Shown here piece after piece: positions 18,136 to 26,728 of a stretch of 64,000 bases of DNA. The notes beneath the pieces were generated by a model. The model had not been told where the DNA came from, ran no database searches, and saw nothing but the letters and a program-made list of their open reading frames with translations. A program made the position numbers and the translations under genes. The stretch covers positions 7,206-71,205 of the forward strand of contig JAKBPI010000001.1 of the NCBI GenBank assembly GCA_021829645.1, given 5' to 3'. How positions within the stretch are numbered: the first letter of the stretch is position 1; every line of letters begins with the position of its first letter. This DNA comes from Actinomycetes bacterium (GTDB lineage Bacteria; Actinomycetota; Acidimicrobiia; Acidimicrobiales; Bog-793).

Positions 18136-20500
18136 TGATTTAGCTAAACCAATAGCATTTTGGAGCCCACTGCCACCGGCAAAAAGTGGTATTTCAGATT
18201 ACAGCTTTGAACTTCTCGAGCACATGAAAAGAAAATGCTCACTCGTCGCCGTAATCGACGATCAGTACTACAAAAGTTGTAAACCACCGACCAATATAGA
18301 AATCATAAAGGCATCTTCCTATATCCATTCTGAATTTAGTACCAATATATTTCAACTCGGAAATCATTTTGGCTTTCATGGCTATATGTACAAGCCACTG
18401 CTAGAGTACGGCGGTATCACTGTATTACATGACTTATCGCTTTTCGACTTTCATGTATCGTTATGCAATAGCGTAGACTCTAGTATTTTAATGGAAGAAA
18501 TTCTTTTTGATTCTCCAGATCTCAAATCGTCAACTGATTTATATAAAAAATTAAGTGATTGTCAGCATGACCGCTTGGCTTACCCACTACTACGAAGAAT
18601 TGCAGATGCCAGTAATTTGATTATTGTGCACTCAAAATATGCCAAACAATTCATTGAAAAAAAGTACCGGACGGATGTTCGTCACATTCACCAAGGTATA
18701 TTGGGCTGCAATAATGTAGATGCAGAGAGTGGCGAGTTAAAAATAGTACTTGGGATGTTCGGTAGCATAGCTAAACACAAAAACACATTAGAAGTCTTAA
18801 AAGCTTTCATTAAAGCTCGTTCTAAAAATCACAATATAAAACTTCTTATTGCCGGCAGAGTAGATGATCCTAATATTTTAAATAGCATAAACCGCACAAT
18901 AGCGTCTTTGCCTACCTCCATCCAAGAAGATGTAGAAATACATACAAATCTTTCATACGACCAGTTGCAAAAGTGTATTGCCAGATGTGATTTGCAAATT
19001 CTTCTCCGTTGGCCCACAGCCGGAGAAACAAGTCGAGTATTGCTACATGGATTTACCATGGGGAAACCGGCTCTCATCTCCCCATTGCCACAATGGTTAG
19101 AATACCCAAATGAGTTTTGCTGGCCTATAGGGAATGATCCAAGGACTACTACAGTCGAAGATATAGCCGATAAAATACTTGAGGCAACATCAGATAAGAA
19201 AAAACTCCTGAAGTCTGGAGTTTTAGCAAAACAATGGGCAGAAGACAACCTGGATTGGGATGCCATTTCATCACAGCTTTTGAAATATACAAGATCTAAT
19301 AGTATTGCTGTCTTGAATAAAGTAGAAAAAAATACTCTGGAAACACCCGATCTAAATAATGGCATAAACGTTATAGCTGCTTTGGATGCAAGCACCGGAT
19401 TAGCAGAAGCAGCCAGACGTTCCATAAAAGCTCTTTACCAATCAGGCATTCCTCTATCTGTGTCCAATTATGATCTGGGGGTACCTACCAATAGTAAAAA
19501 TGTTCCTAGCGAAATTGCAAATCTCAAACGAGGACTTATATTTCCAGACATCAATATATGTTACTTAAATATCAATGAACTACATTGTTTAGATAAATCA
19601 CTATTTTTCACAACCAGAAAAGGACAAAAACTCATTACATCTTGGTGGTGGGAAGCAACACAAATACCCAATGGCCTCATCCAACTTATTACCGAATTAC
19701 ATCCTGATGCAATAACAGTAGGTAGTAATTTTGTTAAAGATATCCTAATGACGTTTTTCCCTTTTCCTACTTACGTAGTTCCACCGGTAGTCAACGTAGA
19801 ATACGATTCCGCGATCAAAAAGCAAAGATTTGGAATCCCAGAAAACAAACTCGTTTATCTGGTATCTTTTGATGCCAACTCCTCGTTCCAACGAAAAAAT
19901 CCTATTGGAGCCATTGAGGCATACAAAAGAGCTTCTCTTGAACACATTACAGACTCTGTATTGGTAGTCAAGGCAAGTAACTTAGAAAAATACCCTGAAG
20001 CCAGGCAAATAATTCAAGCGAAGCTAGCTAGCGTGAATGGAGTGCTGATTGAAGACCATATAACAGCCAAGGAAATGGGGTCCCTACTTTCTTTAGCGGA
20101 CATCTACATATCCCTCCATCGTTCCGAAGGCTTTGGTCTTGGCATGGCGGAGTCTATGTATCTAGGCAAACCTGTAATAGGCACATCATACTCAGGAAAC
20201 ATAGATTTCCTAAATAACGATACCGGATGTCCTGTCAGCTATAAGCTTGTCGAAATCAACCGAGGAGATTTGTACCTTAATTCTTATCTTGATTACGCAG
20301 AATTACAAGCTCCAAAGGGTAAGCACTCTTATTGGGCAGAGCCGAATTTAGATGATGCCACAAAGTGGATTCAAGAATTAGCGCGTTCTGAATCACTCAG
20401 AGAAAAGCTTGGTAAAGCTGGCAAACAGTTTATTGTGAATAATTACAATAGTAAAATTCACGCTGAAAAAATACACCACATTATTAAGCAAATAATGTAG
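18128..20500 (+). CDS. Double GT4 glycosyltransferase (two GT-B modules in one 790-aa protein)
   Basis: The C-terminal half carries the same module as the two upstream GTs (FQRKNPIGAIEAY, SLHRSEGFGLGMAESMYLGKPVIGTSYSGN). The N-terminal half is a second GT4-like module. The TTG start overlaps the stop of the methyltransferase gene by 8 nt. Confidence 0.8.
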   Translation: MLSDLAKPIAFWSPLPPAKSGISDYSFELLEHMKRKCSLVAVIDDQYYKSCKPPTNIEIIKASSYIHSEFSTNIFQLGNHFGFHGYMYKPLLEYGGITVLHDLSLFDFHVSLCNSVDSSILMEEILFDSPDLKSSTDLYKKLSDCQHDRLAYPLLRRIADASNLIIVHSKYAKQFIEKKYRTDVRHIHQGILGCNNVDAESGELKIVLGMFGSIAKHKNTLEVLKAFIKARSKNHNIKLLIAGRVDDPNILNSINRTIASLPTSIQEDVEIHTNLSYDQLQKCIARCDLQILLRWPTAGETSRVLLHGFTMGKPALISPLPQWLEYPNEFCWPIGNDPRTTTVEDIADKILEATSDKKKLLKSGVLAKQWAEDNLDWDAISSQLLKYTRSNSIAVLNKVEKNTLETPDLNNGINVIAALDASTGLAEAARRSIKALYQSGIPLSVSNYDLGVPTNSKNVPSEIANLKRGLIFPDINICYLNINELHCLDKSLFFTTRKGQKLITSWWWEATQIPNGLIQLITELHPDAITVGSNFVKDILMTFFPFPTYVVPPVVNVEYDSAIKKQRFGIPENKLVYLVSFDANSSFQRKNPIGAIEAYKRASLEHITDSVLVVKASNLEKYPEARQIIQAKLASVNGVLIEDHITAKEMGSLLSLADIYISLHRSEGFGLGMAESMYLGKPVIGTSYSGNIDFLNNDTGCPVSYKLVEINRGDLYLNSYLDYAELQAPKGKHSYWAEPNLDDATKWIQELARSESLREKLGKAGKQFIVNNYNSKIHAEKIHHIIKQIM

Positions 20501-20531
20501 ATATAAAATATTTCTATAATTTAATTATCTA

Positions 20532-22433
20532 CTATCTTTTTCTTATAACCCATAGGTCGATACCATAAGCATGTGCTCTAGGTTTGCCATAGTCGCGAGT
20601 AATATACTTAGTAACTAGTTTTGCATTAGAAGCCTCTGTGTTCACCAATATAGCTTGAACATGATTTTTATCTACGAATTCTTTTATACTATTGAATGCT
20701 GATTTGGATGGAGGTGAATTCAAAGGAAACGTTTCGTAGTCAGCAAAATACGAAAATGCTGATTCGACATTACTTGGCATCAGCACCGCCGGAAGGCCTG
20801 ATGGATAACCTGGTGGAATTGTGAACAGGTCATAGCCGCCCAGCAAGCGAAAATGCATATTTGCTAACAATTGCCATACCATAGCTTCATTATCTGCCAT
20901 AATTGGATAGGGGTATGCTAGTGTGACTGCTCCGGTCGGTATATAATTTAAATCACTTGTGGTAAAAAAGTGCGAGTAAGAATTTGACATTTCTCCATTT
21001 GAAAGCTGATATGGCCAATTCGGAATTAAGCTTATAATAATAACGCCGATTACGGCTACAACAGCCAAAATCTTAGCGTAAGCTTTTATTGATAATCTTT
21101 TTATAGACTGAACAAAATTGTTAGTTTTATCACGTAGTTCAGATAAATATATGTTTATAAGATAATCTATAATAAATCCTACCAGAATTGCCATAAATAG
21201 GTCAGTATACATTGCTATGCGGGATGCCAAAATATTATCTAGTATTGGAACGTGCTGAAATAAGTCAAATGGCAGGGGTATAGAATAATTTTTATTATCA
21301 ATTGTCAGATATGGTCCTAACGACAATAAAAATGCAAAAAATGCCATGACTGTACATAGCTGAACCCACTTATTTTTTCGTAATCGATACACACCAATTG
21401 CTAAACCTAGCAGAAGAGGCGCCCCAACGTAACTACCATTTTCAATCCAATCGCCCGCTAAAAAAGATGTCCCTATATTTTTCCAGCTTTGTGGATAAAG
21501 CAATTGACCAACGTTTGGTACTACTATTCCTAGAAGATCTGCATGAAATTGGTTATTCCACGTATGTATCATAGCTATAAGATGATTAGGACCGTAGATA
21601 GAATAATATATTGGATAACCTAAGACAACCACAGAGATACCTACAGTTACAAGCAAATTAGGTAAGTTGTTCCACAATCTCCTAATGGATTCCTTTGGGT
21701 ATGCTATGAAAAGCATACCGCAGCCACCAAGAGCGATAATAGCAGTCGTAGCCAGTATCTCACTTGACATCATATATTGGAATATTATTAATATTGCTAG
21801 TAGAATCGCTAAGCGGTATTTGTGATTACTTTCAGTACAAAACATCTTATATAAAACATAAAAAATTAGAGGAGGGAAAGGTATAAAAATTAAATTTAGA
21901 TGCCCTGTACCCTCTGAAATCATATACGGGGAAAAGCCATAAAAAAGCCCGGCAAGAAAAGGGGGTAAAAATTTATGAGTTATATGAGGTATTTTGCTCA
22001 CAACATAGAACATTGCAGTAGCTGATAGCACAAATGAGGACCATAACAATAAATTGTATGTTGCAATCGCATTTATCAGATAGGTAATGGGGGATAATAT
22101 TATTGCATATAAAAAGTAACTAGAACTAATTGCTAAGTTCGCTCCTGCTGGGTAATTCAGCCAATTGGTGCTATAAGGATTAATTCCATGAAATACAGCA
22201 AAAGGAGACCATGACAGAAACCATGCCGACTGAGCTACATCACCACAACCACAATTAGGCAACTGGCTTGGATCTAAAGGGTATCCTGGTAAATAAGCTA
22301 CGAGGGCTAGCAGACCAAAAATAACTCCCGCAAGCAGTATTCTCTTATATTTTTTATAAAAGGGGTAAAAAAATAACTTCTTATTTGTATTTTTAGGTAG
22401 CATCAACAATTTTCCATAATTTTTACGCTTCAA
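20532..22433 (-). CDS. Large polytopic membrane protein, probable GT-C-fold glycosyltransferase; the most AT-rich gene in the window
   Basis: 633 aa with more than 10 hydrophobic helices and a C-terminal soluble domain. It is convergent with the GT cluster and lies 49 nt downstream of gatB on the same strand. A sampled line (21301-21360) has 21/60 G+C. Confidence 0.5.
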   Translation of the reverse strand: MKRKNYGKLLMLPKNTNKKLFFYPFYKKYKRILLAGVIFGLLALVAYLPGYPLDPSQLPNCGCGDVAQSAWFLSWSPFAVFHGINPYSTNWLNYPAGANLAISSSYFLYAIILSPITYLINAIATYNLLLWSSFVLSATAMFYVVSKIPHITHKFLPPFLAGLFYGFSPYMISEGTGHLNLIFIPFPPLIFYVLYKMFCTESNHKYRLAILLAILIIFQYMMSSEILATTAIIALGGCGMLFIAYPKESIRRLWNNLPNLLVTVGISVVVLGYPIYYSIYGPNHLIAMIHTWNNQFHADLLGIVVPNVGQLLYPQSWKNIGTSFLAGDWIENGSYVGAPLLLGLAIGVYRLRKNKWVQLCTVMAFFAFLLSLGPYLTIDNKNYSIPLPFDLFQHVPILDNILASRIAMYTDLFMAILVGFIIDYLINIYLSELRDKTNNFVQSIKRLSIKAYAKILAVVAVIGVIIISLIPNWPYQLSNGEMSNSYSHFFTTSDLNYIPTGAVTLAYPYPIMADNEAMVWQLLANMHFRLLGGYDLFTIPPGYPSGLPAVLMPSNVESAFSYFADYETFPLNSPPSKSAFNSIKEFVDKNHVQAILVNTEASNAKLVTKYITRDYGKPRAHAYGIDLWVIRKR

Positions 22434-22482
22434 TAGGTTATATATAAACTAATAGTAAATTTCTATAATAAATACTTTATTC

Positions 22483-23946
22483 TCAGTTGCTTAATTGTTT
22501 GCCGGCAAAAATCTGCATAACTTCTTTGCCATTTGCACGACCTTTTGTAGAACGCATAACTTGTCCAAGTAAAAACTGCACAACTTTATCATCTCCTGCA
22601 AGATACCTTTCCCATTCTGCAGGATTGTTCGCGATCACTTCATCGATTACTTTATATATCTCGTTAGCATCTATCTGCTCATAACCAAGACGCTTAGCTA
22701 TCTCAACTGGCTTTCCCCCTGAGCTAAGCATCTCCTGCAAAACGGCTTTTGACTGAGTAGCGCTCAATTTATTGGTAGCTTCCAGAGAAATCAACTCGAC
22801 AAAACCTTCTATAGAAATTTGCTTAGCTTGTTCTATATCTCTAGCCAGTTCATTTATAACACGATTGACAACCAATCTAGAATCTGCACCTGCTTCAATC
22901 GACTTATAGGCAAACTCATCTAAACCAATTCCAACTAACAGGGCAGCCTGTGACGAGTATTCTTCTCCTAAAAGAGCCTCTAAGTTCTTTCTCTTGGTAA
23001 TGGGAAGCAGGGCTACAACGTCTGCCGTCGATGCTTCAATCCAAGCAGTATCTGGATCTAAGGGCACCAGATCCGGTTCCGGAAAATACCTATAGTCATT
23101 GGCTTCTTCTTTAGAGCGCATAGAAGAAGTTCTGCCACTGTTTTCGTCAAAGTGACGTGTTTCCTGAGAAACTGATTTTCCCTCTTTGATTAGTTCGGCC
23201 TGTCTTCTCGCCTCGTATTCGATAGCAAGACCAAGAGATCTGAGCGAATTCAAATTCTTTATTTCGCACCTCGTACCAAATACCTCAGAGCCCTTTGGCT
23301 TTATGGAAACGTTTGCGTCAACACGCAAAGAACCTTCCTCCATGCGACCGTCGGAGGCACCTATAGCGACAAGTATCTGGCGCAATTCTTGTACATAATC
23401 TTTGGCCTGCTGGGAAGAATAAATTTCAGGTTCGGACACTATCTCCACCAGAGGCACACCGGCCCGGTTATAGTCCACTAAAGAATTACTGGCTTCGGCA
23501 ATCCTACCGCTTCCACCTAAATGCATAGACTTACCGGTATCTTCTTCTATATGGGCTCTGGTGATACCGACTCTCGATCTGTCAGGTAACTCCAAATAGC
23601 CGTTGGCATTGATGGGCATATCGTATTGACTGATCTGGAAATCTTTTGGCATGTCAGGATAAAAGTAATTCTTTCTGTGGAAAGTTGAAGGCAACACTTC
23701 ACAATTTAAGGCTTTGCCTATCCGCATTGCCAACTCTACCGCCCGCTTGTTGATAACGGGCAGTGACCCCGGTAACCCGAGACAAACCGGACAAATGTTT
23801 GTATTGGGCTCATCACCGAATTGATTTTTACAAGCGCAAAAAAGCTTTGTCTTTGTCAGAAGTTCACAATGAACCTCCAAGCCTATGATAATTTCAAAAC
23901 CTTCCAAAACATCCGTTTTATTTACCTCGGATATTTCTTGTGACAT
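22483..23946 (-). CDS. gatB: Asp/Glu-tRNA(Asn/Gln) amidotransferase subunit B
   Basis: GLEVHCEL, CPVCLGLPG, RHFDE, C-terminal YqeY-like tail; follows gatA. Confidence 0.97.
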   Translation of the reverse strand: MSQEISEVNKTDVLEGFEIIIGLEVHCELLTKTKLFCACKNQFGDEPNTNICPVCLGLPGSLPVINKRAVELAMRIGKALNCEVLPSTFHRKNYFYPDMPKDFQISQYDMPINANGYLELPDRSRVGITRAHIEEDTGKSMHLGGSGRIAEASNSLVDYNRAGVPLVEIVSEPEIYSSQQAKDYVQELRQILVAIGASDGRMEEGSLRVDANVSIKPKGSEVFGTRCEIKNLNSLRSLGLAIEYEARRQAELIKEGKSVSQETRHFDENSGRTSSMRSKEEANDYRYFPEPDLVPLDPDTAWIEASTADVVALLPITKRKNLEALLGEEYSSQAALLVGIGLDEFAYKSIEAGADSRLVVNRVINELARDIEQAKQISIEGFVELISLEATNKLSATQSKAVLQEMLSSGGKPVEIAKRLGYEQIDANEIYKVIDEVIANNPAEWERYLAGDDKVVQFLLGQVMRSTKGRANGKEVMQIFAGKQLSN

Positions 23947-23975
23947 AGCGGAATCCTTTTTACTAGAAAGACTGA

Positions 23976-25430
23976 TTATCTTTTTTCAAGCAGTTTTGCC
24001 ACTTGAATTAACACGGACTCAGAAAGCGCCGGACCAAGAATTTGTAGTCCTACCGGCATATTGTCTTCACCCGTGCCATAGGGGATGCTGATGGCCGGAT
24101 GTCCTGCTAAATTGGTGGGAATCGTATATAGATCAGATAAATACATACTAAGCGGATCGGCAACCTTAGCACCAAGAGGAAATGCCACACTCGGACTGGT
24201 CGGTGACAGCAATACATCGTAGCTTTCATAAGCTTTATTAAAAGCTTCCTGCACTAAGGTACGTATTTTTTGTGCTTTTAGGTAGTACGCGTCATAATAA
24301 CCGGCTGAAAGAGCATAAGTACCCAGCATAATACGTCTTTTTACTTCTCTACCAAAGCCTTCGGTACGTGTTGTCACATTCATCTCTTCCACATCTTTTC
24401 CGTCCGCCCTGAGCCCATAGCGTACGCCGTCAAAACGAGCCAGATTGGAAGAAGCTTCTGCGGGAGCAATAATATAGTAAGCAGCTATGCCATAGTCCAA
24501 TTCCGGAATTTCGGTTTCTTCCACTTTTGCTCCGAGACCAGATAAAAACTCTCCTGCATTAATAACTGCATTGCGGCATGACTCATCTGCATTTGGCAAA
24601 AAGTTCTTAATAATGCCGACTTTCAAAGCAGACGTCTCTGACGGTGATTTTTCCAAACTATACATAGTCCCTGGCAGCGAAGTAGAGTCTTTCGCATCAT
24701 GAAATGCCAGCACCCCAAGTAGAAGTTCGGCGTCTTCCACGGATGCGGCAAAAGGCCCTATCTGATCCAGGGAACTGGCAAAAGCAACAAGACCGTACCT
24801 GGAAACAAGCCCATAAGTTGGCTTTATACCCACCACACCGCACAGAGAGGCCGGTTGTCGTATGGAACCTCCGGTGTCGGATCCCAAAGCAAGAGGCACC
24901 ATACCGGCCGCAACGGCTGCAGCAGAACCGCCTGATGAGCCGCCAGGTACTCTTTTGGTATCCCAAGGGTTTTTGGTGGAACCAAAGAATGAAGTCTCCG
25001 TGGAAGACCCCATGGCAAACTCATCCATATTGGTTTTACCTACTATGATGGCGCCTTCCTGTTTTAGCTGTGTAATAACGGAGGCTTCATAGGGTGGTTT
25101 CCAATTTTGCAGTATGTGCGAAGAACAGGTTGTGGGAATACCTCTCATACAGATATTGTCTTTGATGGCTATAGGAACACCGGCTAAACGCCCGCCATAT
25201 CCGCCCTTGGCTATCAAATTATCAAGGTTTCTTGACTCTTCCATGGCTTGCTCAACCAGAACTGTATTAAAACCATTTATCTCAGAGTCTCGGGAAGAAA
25301 TGTTTGCCAAACTGGCTTCTGTCACTTCTTCTGCCTTGAGCTCTCCATTCCGGACTAACTTTGCTATCTCGCAGGCACTGGATGGAAGTGAGCCTCCTCC
25401 AAAAGCCTCCGGCTGTTTTCCTAAACTCAT
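23976..25430 (-). CDS. gatA: Asp/Glu-tRNA(Asn/Gln) amidotransferase subunit A (amidase signature)
   Basis: Amidase signature GGSSGGSAAAVAAG and DTGGSIRQPA; overlaps gatC by 4 nt. Confidence 0.97.
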   Translation of the reverse strand: MSLGKQPEAFGGGSLPSSACEIAKLVRNGELKAEEVTEASLANISSRDSEINGFNTVLVEQAMEESRNLDNLIAKGGYGGRLAGVPIAIKDNICMRGIPTTCSSHILQNWKPPYEASVITQLKQEGAIIVGKTNMDEFAMGSSTETSFFGSTKNPWDTKRVPGGSSGGSAAAVAAGMVPLALGSDTGGSIRQPASLCGVVGIKPTYGLVSRYGLVAFASSLDQIGPFAASVEDAELLLGVLAFHDAKDSTSLPGTMYSLEKSPSETSALKVGIIKNFLPNADESCRNAVINAGEFLSGLGAKVEETEIPELDYGIAAYYIIAPAEASSNLARFDGVRYGLRADGKDVEEMNVTTRTEGFGREVKRRIMLGTYALSAGYYDAYYLKAQKIRTLVQEAFNKAYESYDVLLSPTSPSVAFPLGAKVADPLSMYLSDLYTIPTNLAGHPAISIPYGTGEDNMPVGLQILGPALSESVLIQVAKLLEKR

Positions 25431-25732
25431 GGTGCTTCCCTAATGATTCTGGGTACTAAAAATCTGTTTTCACTGACAGCCGGAGCGCATGACAACACTT
25501 CGTCTCTGTCTAAAGAATCTCTGATGACATCTGGTCTCAAAACATTGGTGATGTCCATGGCATGAGCCATGGGAGCAGTTCCAGTAGTCTCAGCGCTTTG
25601 CATAACACCAAAGTGCTCAAGCACTCCCGAAAGCTCAGACGACAGTTGCTCTGCTTCACTGTTGTCAAAGGAAAGCCTAGCCAGCTTAGCTATACGTAAA
25701 ACTTCTTCTTTCCCTATTAAATTTTCACTCAT
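25427..25732 (-). CDS. gatC: Asp/Glu-tRNA(Asn/Gln) amidotransferase subunit C
   Basis: 101 aa; VLRIAKLARLSF...LRPD motif; position at the head of the gatCAB operon. Confidence 0.9.
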   Translation of the reverse strand: MSENLIGKEEVLRIAKLARLSFDNSEAEQLSSELSGVLEHFGVMQSAETTGTAPMAHAMDITNVLRPDVIRDSLDRDEVLSCAPAVSENRFLVPRIIREAP

Positions 25733-25973
25733 ACGAACTTATCCTCATAACTCACCTAAAACAATATCCGATCAGTCGTTGGCATGCAGGCATATGACTG
25801 TATGTTCTCTCCGCAAACATGACGATACAGACATGCCACCGGGCAAATACTCTTACCCAATAAGATTACTTCACCAAATCTTCACATGTATCTAAATCCC
25901 GCTATGGCCTGAATGCAATTTTTTTACTAAAATAAGCCATGCTTACCAGTAATACTGAAATTTTGGGAGGAAT

Positions 25974-26168
25974 ATGAGAAAAAAATCTGGTTCAAAATCA
26001 AAATTTATCAAAATCGTGCCACCGGCATCAGCGGCAGCCCTTCATTTCCTGTCATCGCGAAAAGGACTCTATAAGTGTTCGAAGTCTGATTGCGACGGCA
26101 GGCTGGACATCACGTTTACCTGCAATAAATGCGGACAGCGCTCAATACCCAAAATGAAGAGTTCTTAG
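25974..26168 (+). CDS. Small basic protein with a CX4C-X9-CX2C zinc-ribbon-like motif (hypothetical)
   Basis: Strong SD GGGAGG 5 nt upstream of the ATG; Lys-rich N-terminus; four Cys in ribbon spacing. No family recognised. Confidence 0.35.
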   Translation: MRKKSGSKSKFIKIVPPASAAALHFLSSRKGLYKCSKSDCDGRLDITFTCNKCGQRSIPKMKSS

Positions 26169-26309
26169 CCGGCCGAACTGTATTTTGCGACAAAAGCAGA
26201 GATACTCTATTTTTAGTATTTTGTAAAATTACTCATCTAAAAATATGATTTTTTAACTTTATTTTGAGTTTTCCCCGCACAGAACAAAAAACTATCGTAT
26301 CTTACCGAC

Positions 26310-26717
26310 ATGGCAAAACATGAATTTTTGAGTTCAGAGTGGATAACTGCAGCTAAAGCAATCCAAAATACTTATAGCGACCAAGTAGCTGAAGCCCCGT
26401 TGGAAGTCACAATGAATTTGACAGTGACTGACACACCTTTCCAAGAAGGCAAAGTTGAGGCTTATCTGGATGCGCGTCATGGCAAATTAGCCATTGTCCT
26501 TGGACAGTTGGAATCATCCGATGTCACAGTGACTATTGACTATGAAACCTGCAAAGCCGTTCTGATAGAGGGCAACGGAGACGCTGCCCTGCAGGCTTTT
26601 ATGACCGGAAAAATAGCCGTAGAGGGAGACGTCGCCAAGTTGCTCGCTTACCAAACAACCCCTCCAAGCGCTTTGCAGTTAGAAATTACAGAAAAGCTAA
26701 AAGAAATTACCGCATAA
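26310..26717 (+). CDS. SCP2 (sterol-carrier-protein-2-like) domain protein
   Basis: 135 aa; the C-terminal FMTGKIAVEGDVAKLLAY is typical of the SCP2 fold. Confidence 0.65.
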   Translation: MAKHEFLSSEWITAAKAIQNTYSDQVAEAPLEVTMNLTVTDTPFQEGKVEAYLDARHGKLAIVLGQLESSDVTVTIDYETCKAVLIEGNGDAALQAFMTGKIAVEGDVAKLLAYQTTPPSALQLEITEKLKEITA

Positions 26718-26728
26718 GAACTGCACGG

